Below, piece after piece: positions 33,893-46,300 of a DNA stretch of 64,000 nt (position 1 is its first letter; each line of letters starts with the position of its first letter). The notes under the pieces were generated by a model. That model was not told where the DNA came from, made no database searches, and saw only the letters and a program-made list of their open reading frames with translations. Position numbers and translations under genes: made by a program. Source of the DNA: Saccostrea echinata (Eukaryota); assembly GCF_033153115.1 (NCBI RefSeq), contig NW_026889778.1:5580001-5644000 (forward strand), read 5' to 3'.

Positions 33893-35652
33893 ACTCTACT
33901 GGTCAGACATCAGCTATTGCAATAGTAAGGTGCCAGTCGTCCGTCTGTTCATCTGTCCTTCTGTAAACAATTTTCAAAATATTCCTTCTTCTAGAGTTCT
34001 GATCTGATTTCAATATAATCTGGCACACAAGTAGACTACAATAAGATGCATAATTCTGTGTATCTTTTTTTTTTATTTCTGTGAACGGTGGTCCCATGGT
34101 TACTTAGAATAGCAATTTCTGTAAAATTCTTTATAAACACTACTTCTCATAGTTTTGGTCTGATTTCAATATATTGGCACACAAGTAGATTACATTAAGA
34201 TACATCATTCTGTTCATGGGTTTTTGATATTGGTGAGCAGTGTTATCATGGTTACTAAAAATATTAATTTCTATGATTTCTTTCAAAACCCTACTGCTCT
34301 ACATTTTTGGTCTTATTTTCATATATCTTGGCACACAAGTAAACTACACTGATATATGTAATTCTGTATATCGGTTTTTGAATTTGGTGAATGATGTTGC
34401 CATGGTTACTAAAAACAGAAATTTCTATGAAATTCGTTCAAAACGCTTCTCTTCCGATAGATTTGGTCTGATTTCAATATAACGTGGCACCCAAGGAGAT
34501 TTCAAACTCAGATATATAATTCTGTGTTTATGTTTTTGATTTCGAATAGTGGTGTTGCAATGGTTACTAAAAATGGAAATTTTTACCGAAATAATTTTAA
34601 AACGCTATATTCCCTACAATTTTCGTTTGATTTCAAAGTATCTTCGCACACAAGACTACATTGATATACATAAATCTCTTCATCATTTTTTTAATTATTA
34701 TTTCGATGAATGGTAGTTGCCATGGTTACTTAAAATAGAAATGACCGTAAAATTCTTTCAAAAGGCTCCTACTCCTTGAGTTTTGGTCCGATTTCAATTT
34801 AACTTGGCACAGAAGTATACTACATTAAGATAAATAATTCTTTTCATCGGTTTTGATTTTGATGAATGGTATTACCGTGGTTACTAAACATAGACTTTTT
34901 TGTGAAATTCCTTTACAACTCCCCTTACAGTTTTGAATATAACTTTGCACGATACAATAGACTACAATAAGAGACATAGTTTTGTTCATCAGTTTTTTAT
35001 TCTGGTGAGCAGTGTTACCATAATTACTAAAATCAGAAATTTCTATGAAATACTTTCAAAACACTACTCTTCCTACCGTTCTGATCTGATTTCAATATAA
35101 TTTGAAACACAAGAAGATTTCAAACTCAGAAAAATAACTTTTGGTATAAGTTTGTGATTTCAATAGTGGTTTTGCTATGGTTACTAAAAAAAGAGATTTG
35201 TGAAATATTCAAAATGCTACTCCTTCTACAGTTTTGGTCTGATTTCAATATAACTTTGCACACAAGTAGACTATACTAAGACACATAATTCTATATATCA
35301 TTTTTTTTATTTTGATGAGCACTCTTGCCATGGTTATCAAAAAATAGAAATTTCTGTGAAATCAAATTCTTTCATCAGAAGGCTATTCCTTCAACAGTTT
35401 TAATCTGATTGCAATAAAACTTGCCATAAAAAGAGACTAAACTAAGGACCGTTATTTTATTTCATGCTGTTGAATTGTTTGTTTATAGTGCAAGTGCTAC
35501 CTTACTCTTCATTTGTTCTTCCTTTGTTGCCCGCCGAAATATGGCTGACATACTGCCAACTCGGCGTTAAACAATAAACAATCCAACAATCAATCTTCCT
35601 TTGTTGCAAGTACAAACCATCAGAGCTACAGTCTCGTCAGAGACTTCTAGTT
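33893..35652 (+). mobile_element. Helentron-associated element with ~10 x ~155-160-bp satellite units, nested in another repeat (33710-35885)
   Basis: GTCCGTCTGT microsatellite near the 5' end; units TGATTTCAATATAA.TGGCACACAAGTAGA...CCATGGTTACTAAAA; 3' hairpin AGTCTC GTCA GAGACT then TCTAGTT. Confidence 0.75.
35531..35593 (+). mobile_element. 5'-truncated SINE/LINE tail (63 bp) with 14-bp TSD
   Basis: GGCGTTAAACAAT..CAATCAA tail; TCTTCCTTTGTTGC at 35517-35530 and 35594-35607. Confidence 0.8.
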
Positions 35653-36160
35653 GTCTTTCTGTGATTATCTCATCTTGAAAGGAGCCAGGTCCTTCCTTTA
35701 AACAGATTAAAATTCCATTCAGGTATTTAACCAAAAAATACACTGTGCCAAGTATGGATGAAATTAGCCAAGTTGTTCAAAAGAAAATGATGAGAAAGTG
35801 AAAAGTTCATAAAGACAATGCAAACAACAGACAAATTTCAATTAAAAAAAAATTTACAAGCTTTTGGCTCAGATGAGTTTTAAAAAGCGGTCACAATGCT
35901 CATCTGCATTAGCTCTTTTAAATAAACTTTTATTTCAGTCATAGCAGAAGGTTAAGACAGCTCCTCAAACAAATAATCCAGTTAAATACATGAAAATGTA
36001 TGTACAAAAAATAACTCAGGATTTCCAGCCTTATACCTCAAAACGGGAATGCAATTATCTAGCCCAATCTGTCATTAAAATCGTTGTTAAATCATTGAAT
36101 GATAATAAAAAATATTTTCATGAATTTTATACTTTGGAAAAGACAGGGTATTTAGTTTCT

Positions 36161-36775
36161 TAATTAATTCATTTGCAAGATTTCATCAGGTTCGCAGCAC
36201 TTTTCAAATATCTTCATACCTCTTGGGTTTATGTGTAAAAGCTTTTCGTAATTCATTGAGGGTATGCCCTTGCAATACATCGATTGATTACGACCCTTCT
36301 ATTGCCCTTCAATGAATCTGCATACAAATGTACGGCAGTTTCACTTGTCTAGGGAATGTACGGGAAGTATATGAATAAAATCATAAAATAGACATCATAT
36401 CCAAGTTAATGGCCTCTTATATATCTGCAAATAATATTTTAATTAATTACAAAACACATTTTTCATTGTATAAAATATAACTTGATCCGCCTCTCACTGC
36501 ATACAAACTGCGTCAAATTTTACGATATGACGTCACATTGACCAGTGCATTGCGATCAGTGATTTGTTTTATATTGCTGTGTGGGATTTGACCAACGACA
36601 AAAATACATGCAATAGTAAGTATTGATGTAGTTTAAAGCTATCCAACAGTTTAAAATAGCATATCATTTCATTTTGTGGTAATTTGAAGAACATGTATTT
36701 TTGTGTGACGTCATAGTAAGCATTTCCCGTAAAAATTAGGCCCCGCCTCCTTATTGCAGCCTTAACTGTGCTGCG
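36161..36775. mobile_element. Right half of the same DNA transposon family as 17533-18736
   Basis: Near-identical to 17957-18736 including right TIR CCTTAACTGTGCTGCG, but without the 143-bp duplication. Confidence 0.88.
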
Positions 36776-37167
36776 AACACATCTATGTACATCATTAACG
36801 AAATTTTATTATGTTTTCAATTACAAGCAAAAATATAAAGATTAAGTATAAGTATCTAGTTTGTTGGGGGTCTAAAGTGAAGATTAGACTATTGTAATAC
36901 AAGCAAAAGGTAATTCTCGTTTAAAACTCATTTGTCATTCATATGAGTTTCCATGTGATTCAATCAACTTATCAACCAAAAGAACCCAAACACATATAAA
37001 ACAATGGGACTATGACCAACGCTCATAATGTAAATTCTTTTTTAAAAAAGAAAAAGAAAACATTTATATTCTATTGTCAGAAAAAAAAAATTAAAAATAA
37101 TCCAAAGGTTTCAGAAGACAGACTAGAGTAGTTCTGTATTACACTAAACATACACAGAACTTTAATA

Positions 37168-37343
37168 CAGTCAAATGTTGCTATCTCAAACCGATAGAAC
37201 CGAGAGAAAACTGAGATTTACAATGACTTGAGATATTGAGGTTAATAAAAATACATAAAGAAGAAGTGGTTGGGACTTTTAACTCATTTTGAAATATCCA
37301 TGGTATTCGAGATATCAAAGTTCGAGATATCAAAGTTCAACTG
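37168..37343. mobile_element. Tc1/pogo-type MITE
   Basis: TA|CAGTCAAA..TATCTCAAAC ... GTTCGAGATATCAAAGTTCAACTG|TA. Confidence 0.7.
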
Positions 37344-39225
37344 TATCATCCCTAAAATGATTTTTTTTTCTTTCTTACAAATCAAACTTTTACTGAGGTA
37401 AAGAAGTTCAACAATAATTGCAGGAAAGACAATGTCCTTTGACAAAAATATTCAATTTCTTGTCAATTAAATCATATTTAATCAATAACTTGGGAACAAC
37501 TTTACCCAGTCCCCAGAAAAAGTGTTAAAATATTATTTTTATACATTGTAACAAGCTTATTTTATACAATGTAACAAGCTTTCTCATTGTTCATTCAATA
37601 TCATGTGTCAAGATATAGAAATTTGAATAGACTGCGACTTTCTAATTACGAACATTAAAAAACTTCAATAAACTGAGACTTTCTAAAAACAGATCCATCA
37701 ACTTCTATTTCTAATTGTGACTTCATAATGGGTACAACTTAACAATGCCTCCAATGTGTGTTCACTCTACAGTGTTAACATAGATGTTTCATGTATCAAA
37801 CATTAATCGATACAAAAATCATAAAACAAATTTAGCAATTTTGATTTGATACATTCCCTAAATTATTCCTTTAGAATAAAGGCAACACAATGACATCAAA
37901 ACAGTTTACTTTATTCTGATGTCTTTAGTCTCTTTGTGTTAAAAAAGGAGAAAACTTTGTTCCATTTTTTTTTCTATCAATCTCTTTAATAATATATAAT
38001 GAAGCCCTTTCATATGGTCAATCCATCGATATATCGACTTCCCAGAAAACTGTATCAACCTCACATGAATAGATATATCTATGGATCCACCTCTTAAGAA
38101 GGCTATATTTTGTATAGTGTCATTATAGGCAACTCCAATATATAAAAGATCGTGCAAGCAAGCACTAAAAATGAAAAATATGAGGTTTTTGATCCTTCTG
38201 ACCCCAAATCAAAATCTGCAATGAAAAGTTTAGTTTAAAACTTCATTTTCAAATGAAGTTTTCAAATTTTCAAATTTTTAACCTACTTCTCTAAAAACTT
38301 TCAATATATATTGTTGTTTATTCAGTGAAAATTGACAAAAATAAATTTTTAACGAAGTGCATGTGGTGCCGTTTCTTTCATACTTAGCCTGACATAAACA
38401 AATGTTTTCCACTGAAAGTTCTTGCAAAAGTACATGAATCTGTAAGGCTTTCAATTGAATGATTTATTCAACTAAATTTAATAATTAATTTCAAGATTGT
38501 CCCTCTAATAAAAATACACTAACCCTAATCTCTCTGGTAATATGCATGGACTAACCCAAATCTCCTAGGTAGGTGCGAGACTAACCTTAACCAGTCAAAT
38601 AGTGTGCTAGGACTAACCCTAATCTCTCAGATTGATGTGAGATCAACCCCAATTATCTACTACTTTTGTGAGAACTTTTCCTTACTTCAGTAATCAGTTT
38701 AGTGGTGTATGAGACTTAGCCTTAATAGTCGAGTGATGTAAATCTTACATCATAATGCAATGGGCACATGGATATTGTGGATCTGGGGACTGGTAAAGTT
38801 AAGTTTACCCATGAATTGAAAAAATTCCAGAATACATAATTAAAGGATCGCATGTATGACCCGAGCTTCTGATGTACATGTAGTTAAGGTATTTTAGCAT
38901 ATTAACATGTTGATTTACCTAAAGTGATACTATTAAAGTGATTGGTGAAAAAAGTCAAGACCAGTTCAAATCTTCTTCGGTATATAGTTAACGATAAAAT
39001 TTTAGGAAAAGTTTTAAATTGACTTTCAATAAAGTAAACTGTAACTGTTCGTGATACCCACGTAAAAAGATATAAAAATAAAAACAAATGGACAAAATCA
39101 AAAAAGCCATTTCTAAATACATGTACATTAATTAATGTATACTTAATGATACTCCATTTAAAAGAAATAATAAAAACAAATAGACATAATCAAACAAGCT
39201 TTCCATTTTTAAATACATTCATTAA

Positions 39226-40237
39226 AGGACTTTTAAAGTATTGCATGATCTTTCAAAAATCGTAATTTTATGAAAAATATTATCTACAACCTTGTTTATT
39301 AAAATACTGAATACAATAAACGTTGTTGAAAGCATATCTTAATAGATATTGGGAGTTGAAATTCAAATACGGCAATATGCATATTTCAGCCCGATTTCAG
39401 CAAAATACTGCTCTGACGTCATAGGCGACAATTCAGTGATAGAGAGATGAGAATATGCACACTATTTACGGAGTTATCAACGACAAATGCAGCTTAATTA
39501 CGAAAAATGCTGAAAAAATTAATTCCTAACGTGCTTTTCATTTACTATATAAACATTAACTAGTTCTAAGGTATAAGGCTTTTGAGATATTTTCGTTTTT
39601 TATTCCAAACATTTAGAATCTATAGCTCTGATTACGGCAATGTTTCGTGATCGGGAAATTATTTTTCAAGATCGCCATCCTTTAAAAAACGTATGAAGAC
39701 TTGCATATATTAATATTATGTTAAAAACGAAGAACAACAAAGTTATATAATGTTAAATTTGTGAATCAAATAAGTAAATACATGTGATAAGATGACAAAT
39801 CAAATCGTATTCTGATGGCGAGTTTCTTCGTCTTCGCCGCGTCTCCTTCGCTCTCATCGCTGCTATTTTTACAATGTTAACAGATTTTTCAGATTTTTTC
39901 TTGCTGACAGTTCTAACATATATGGTTGAATATTCAATTTCATATGGATAAAATAAGCGATTTGGTCGTCCACAACGCAGAAAATTCAGGTTGTATCGCA
40001 TATATTTTCGTAAGATTAACGTGGAGCTGATCAGCCATTGTCGCCTTTGACATCACAGGGTCACGTGATCGCTATCTAATTAACTTTGATTTTTAAATCA
40101 GGGGTTTTTATTTGAGTCAATAATTGATTAATTACCGCGGTTTATCCGCAATAAAAACACAAAATTTATAAACTGTGGTCATAAGTAACGTTTTACGCTT
40201 TTAATTTCAAATAATTTAGAAACATGCAATAAGTCCT
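39226..40237. mobile_element. Non-autonomous Kolobok-like element
   Basis: TTAA|AGGACTT(7-bp insert)ATTGCATG ... CATGCAATAAGTCCT|TTAA. Confidence 0.72.
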
Positions 40238-40378
40238 TTAATGCATACCATAAATGATAACCCCAATTTAAAAACTCAAAACAACTACACAAAATTTAAC
40301 AAGTTTTCCATTCATAAATACATTCAATGACACATTCACCTAAAACTGATTGTAACACTTATTTAATACTTCCTTCAG

Positions 40379-43300
40379 TTATTCAGTTTTCTTTTTAGGC
40401 ATAAGCCCTGGTATATGGACAATTTCCGTAAACAGCATGACCCCAATAAAGGTGAAAATAGTTCCAATCCAGTGAAGCGAGGTAAAAGGATTGTTGAAGT
40501 AAAATATGGATAGAATCAAACTGACGAACTTCCTTAAAGTGACTATTAATGTGACCGTTAAAGCTGTACACTCCGTTGTCAAGATAAACACACTCCGTAT
40601 ACAGATGTATCTGATTGGTCGTCAAGGAATTAATAAACATGACTAACTTAAATCAATAATACAGTGAAACACCCTTATAACGAAGTGCCAGGGACAGACA
40701 ATTTTGCTTATTTATAAGAGTAATTCGTTATATTCATTAAGTTTACAATGAATTTTAAATTCATGTGGAATGAAAATCACTTCGCTAAAGCATCAATTTA
40801 TTATAAACATGTTTGATATAAGCATGTTTTTCTGTATATACATATTGTGAACATTTTTTTATTTTCAGTACAATTTATCAAGGTTGACATTAATTGTACA
40901 TGTGATTTTCAGATAAATGTAAGACAATAGAACATCTTTACTTCCGAGACAGGCTGCTTTGGAGTTTGGATTTATTAAGACAGTTTGCAGATTTAATTGC
41001 AAAGTCACAATTTTTTGTTTTTAACACTTACCTGACAATAAACACTGAAGTTTCTACATTTCAATATGGTACAATATGAACAGAAATCTTATAATATATG
41101 TACCATTAGTGATGTCTTTGAAATCAAGCATTTTTCAGTGCTATTAACTGGATTTTCTCCAGAGTGAAATCTTTACAAAGGATACTGGGTAAGTATATTG
41201 CCAGCAAGAAAGAGCCACATCTGTGGGACAGAAAAACCCAGGCCTAAACTCACTGGGGCTGGAAAAACAGAACCAGAATCATTTAAAATATTAGTCAACA
41301 CACTGAATACACTTTATTTCATGATAGAAGTCTCATTCTATAAATTGAATTTTAAGACAAGAGCAAAGCTGAAACATTTGGGGCAGTCAGATGGATTTGA
41401 TTGCCTGTGGCCAGATAGCCCAGTAGAGCACATGACCAATGGTTCAGGGGGCCCAGGTTCAAATCCTGGTCTAGTCCATTGTATCTTTCTCCTAATTACA
41501 GATTAACAAATAAAATGGTTTACTTTTCTTTTACTAAAGATGTTAGATAAATAAAATAACAGTGAAACTTGTCTAATCCGGACATTGTGTATTGTCTAAT
41601 ATGATCTAAACTTGAAGTCCCTATCAGTAAATTTCATTGTTTAAAATGTTGCCTAATCCTGAATGTTGTCTAATCTGACCAATTTTTCTGGAACCAGTGG
41701 TGTTCCGTTTAGACAAGCTTTACTGTAAATCAAAAATCTTCATTTAGATTGAATGAAACAAAAGAGCCTTTATTATTTTGCTTACTGTTGGGCAACATTT
41801 TTATTATTTGTCAACTTTCTTGACTTACTTGTTTGATTAAAAAGTGTCACATGATGAGCAATGTCAGAAGCTAAAAATACAAATCCTGGTAGAGGAAGGA
41901 AGTGCTGAAAAAAAAGGGTTTTTTAATCAACAGAGCAAAGGGAGACAACTGGTTCTAGTCTATACACAAACTGAACATGTATTATATAAAATAAGTACTG
42001 GCAAATTCCATATAAATCAAACATCCTCACTGCTCTCTCTCTATTTATAATTCAAATTTTATGAGTCATAAAAATATTGATATAAATTAAAAGAAATCAT
42101 GGAAGGCGATAACTTTCCAAAATTGACCTGTAGGTAGACGGAGAAACAATACACTGTTCTAATATTTGCTGTCCTTTGTGGGGCTTATTACAGTTTCATT
42201 CCTTTTCTATTATAAAACATAGTATACTGACCACTATAAGAAATGCACCACAAAATAAGTTATTTTCTAAAAATACAATTTTTTATCAAAAATTTAAATT
42301 CACTTGAAATATCTTTGGTATTCACAAAGCTGGAAGAAAAACAGGTAAGACACTGACAATCAAATCGAAAGAAATGGGGTTTTTTTTGTTTTCAAAAACA
42401 GACTTCTTGTTCTTGCTATCCGATATCAAGTTCAGTCACTTTCTTCTGAAAACTTGTTCATTTTGCTATGTAATCTGAGTCACTCAGTGAAAATGCATAG
42501 ATTCTTTACAAAGCTTCTTCTCTACCCATGTATATTTAGCAGACAAACTAAGTGCATGATAATAATGAGCTAGGGTGCATCTTCCAAAAATGTGAAATTC
42601 AAGGCCCCAAGTCTGGGTTCTGGTGTTAGGGTGGGGCCTGATCATAAAGTGAAAATGCATTATTTCTTTTAAAATCCTCTCTTCTGCTCCTGGGTATTAA
42701 GCAGACACACTAAGTGCATGGTTCTTATCAACAAGAGTGCCTCTTCCAAAATTGCTAATTTCACCACCCTGGATCAGGGGAAGAGATGTTAGGGTGGTTC
42801 TTATGGTTCTTATAAGCAAGGGTGCCTCTTCGAAAATTGTTAATTTCACTGCCCTGGATCAGGGTTAGAGATGTTAGGGTGGGGCTCTATTGACAATATC
42901 ATGAAAATGCATTATTTATTTGAAAATATTTTTCGTTTCCTGGGTATATAGCAAATTAAGTGCATGGTTTTTATGAACTGGATCGCCTTTTCCAAAATTG
43001 TGAGTTTCATGGCCCCTGTCTCAGGGGTCCTGGTGTTAGAGTGAGGCTCTATTGATAAAATAGTGAAAAATCATTCTTCTTCTCTGCCCTTTGGCATTTA
43101 GCAAACAATCTAAGTGCATGGTAATGACGAGCTAGGGTGCCTCATCCAAAATTGTTAAATTCATGGCCCCAGAGTCAGGGGTTCTGATATTAGGGTGGGG
43201 CTCTATTGATTATTATATGGCAGGGCCCTGTTGATTATTTACTGAAAATGCGTTAATTCATTGTAAATTTCATCTCTACTCCTGGGTTATTAGCAGATAA

Positions 43301-46300
43301 ACTAAGTGCATAGTTATGATGAGCATGGATGCTTTATCCAAAATGGCTCCTAGGTTATGATGGGACTCTATTGATAATAAAGTGAAAATGCATTACTTTT
43401 TTTGTAAATCTTCTCTGCTTCTGGGCATCTAGGAGGCAAACAGAGTACAAAATTGTAATGAGTAAGGGTGTTTTACCAGATTTGTAAAATTCTTGACCAA
43501 TGTTTTGGTGCAGGGCAATGCTGTATTGATCTTGTAGGGAAATATGAACTCCACTGAGAGAAATAAATCCCCTTTACTATTGACCTTTGATAATTAATCA
43601 CCATAACTACTGAATTTGATAGATCAATTGGATTAAAGATTTATACAGGGGCTTTTAATATGTAACACATACCACAATCATAGTTTTCAATGGCTTAGTA
43701 GACTAGATAAATAAAAATGAGACAAAAATTATTATATTTTTAAAAAATACCTTATCTTAGTACTACACTAAATATTTTTCAAAGACCAAGTGAGGCCAAT
43801 ATGAGAGAAAGTGATAAATATACTACATGATCTCAAGCACTGTTGCAATGCCTAGTTTGCATGGTGATTGTGACAAATGGGAGTGTATTAGTACTGGCAA
43901 GTACAGGCAAATAAATTGATCTACTTTATGATTTGTTACAGAGTAGTACATTAAGTATTTTGTGCATCCCTGACCATCCTATTCTCTTGCATTTGGGCAG
44001 CATATCTTCACTTATACAGTTACTTTGTTTTATTTTATACTTCTATGGATCCTTTGTTGTTTTATACTCAAGTGACTGTTAAGGCCCTTTGATTCCAATT
44101 CCTGCAGTCAAAAACAGGGCCACTGTCAACATCACAAAACCTTGCACTGAAGCAGAGGACATTTATTGGTCTTTACCCTTTACATTTTTAAGTCCCTCCA
44201 CAACTATGACATGGGATAAAGAATCACAGGGCAGAAATTTTGACAAATATCTATTTTCAGTTTCTATTAAATGTGCTACTCTTTTAGAATTTTAAAGTTG
44301 ATGCTGCAAGATGCCTAAAGATTTTGAGTGTCAGTTTTTTTAAGAAGGCTCTGACTTACATTATAGAAGAGAGACTCTTTGGGGTGTTTTCCGTACTGGC
44401 CATATATCTTCTCCTGAAGGATTCCCATTCCTGCAGTCAAGAACAGGGCCACTGTCAACATCACAAGACCTGTCAACGATAAAAAAACAGGGCCACTGTC
44501 AACATCACAAAACCTGTCAACAATAAATAAACAGGACCACTGTCAATATCACAAGACGTCAATGAAAAATATACAGGACCACTGTCAATGTCAAAAGACC
44601 TATCAACAATAAATAAACAGGGCTACTGTCAACATCACAAGACATGTCAATGAAAAATATACAGGACCACTGTCAACATCAAAACACCTGTCAACAATAT
44701 ATAAACAGGATCACTGTCAACATCACAAGACTTGTCAACAAAAAATAAACAGGGTCACTGTCAACATCACAAGACCTGTCAATGATAAATAAACAAGGCC
44801 ACTGTCAACATCAAATGATCTGTCAACGATAAATAAACAGGTACACTGTCAACATCACAAGAACTGTCAATGAAAAATAAACAGGGCCACAGTCAACATC
44901 ACAAAACCTAGACTGTCAACAATAAATAAACAGGGCCACTGTCAACATTACAAGACCTGTCAACGATAAATAAACAGGACCACTGTCAACATTACAAGAC
45001 CTGTCAATGATAAATGAACAGGGCCACTGTCAACATTACAAGACCTGTCAATGATAAATGAACAGGGCCACTGTCAACATTACAAGACCTGTCAGAGATA
45101 AATGAACAGGACTACTGTCAACATCAAATGATCTGTCAAAGATAAATAAACAAGGCCACTGACAACATCACAAGACATGTCTATGATCAAGTTAAAAGTC
45201 ACCAAGTAACAAGTACCGGTACCTAGACTTAAGATTAATGTCTGAAAGGTAAATATATGTACAATACACATGCAAGAATGCAGAATTCTTAGAAAGCTAT
45301 GTTGACATTCAAACTACAGTCAAGCCTTGTTAATCTGGATGCTGTGCAAATTGTCTGGATTAATGAAGTGTGTGGAACTGTGGATTATTGGGGGAAAAAA
45401 ATTAGTTTTGTGGAATCATCAATGCTCATGGTGGACCAATGTTCATGGATTTTGTGGGTCACCCTTATCCACAAATTTACATCCCCATGAACCATTATTT
45501 TGTTAACACATTTATTCATTGAATCTTCTGTATATACAAGTTACCCATGAACTTGCGTCCCCACAAGCCAATAAAATGTTGCTTGCCCACGAATATTGAC
45601 ACCCACAAATTAAAATGATTCCATAGTATCTAAATATAAATTGTTCCCCCCAAATACCGTCTGGAGTATAAAGCATCAAGATTACTGGAATCCAGATTAA
45701 CAAAGCTCCACTGTACTACTTTGAAAGAATCTTATTTCATAATTCACCTTGAAGAAGATTTGCATTTTTATTTAAATTTTGAATTGCATGCCTGAATAAA
45801 AGCAGAATTTTTAGAGTGGTCTTAAAAGGCCATAACTTGAAACCGTGCCTTTCTTTGACAAATGATTTTTGAGAGAGATTTGAAACATCACTAATACTTT
45901 TACAATTTCTCTCTCTCCATAGAAGACAGTTAACACAAAAAAGTTCATAAACATTTATTTCATAATGAAGTAAACAACTAAAAATGATAAATAAAGTATT
46001 TCAGCTTCTAGTTCAGAGAAGACTAATCTGCACCTTACTTATAGTCCATAACATCAGATCCTTACCTAGAGTCCACAACACCAGATCATTTACCTAGAGT
46101 CCATAACATCAGATCCTTTACCTAGAGTCCACAACACCAGATCATTTCCTAAAGTCCACAATATCAAATCCCTACATAGAGTCCACAGAGCCATATACTA
46201 ACATAAAGACCATAACACCAGATCCTTAGCTACAGTCTTTCCCCAGAGTCCACAATATCAGATCCTTACCTAGAGTCCACAACATCAGATCCTTACCTAG

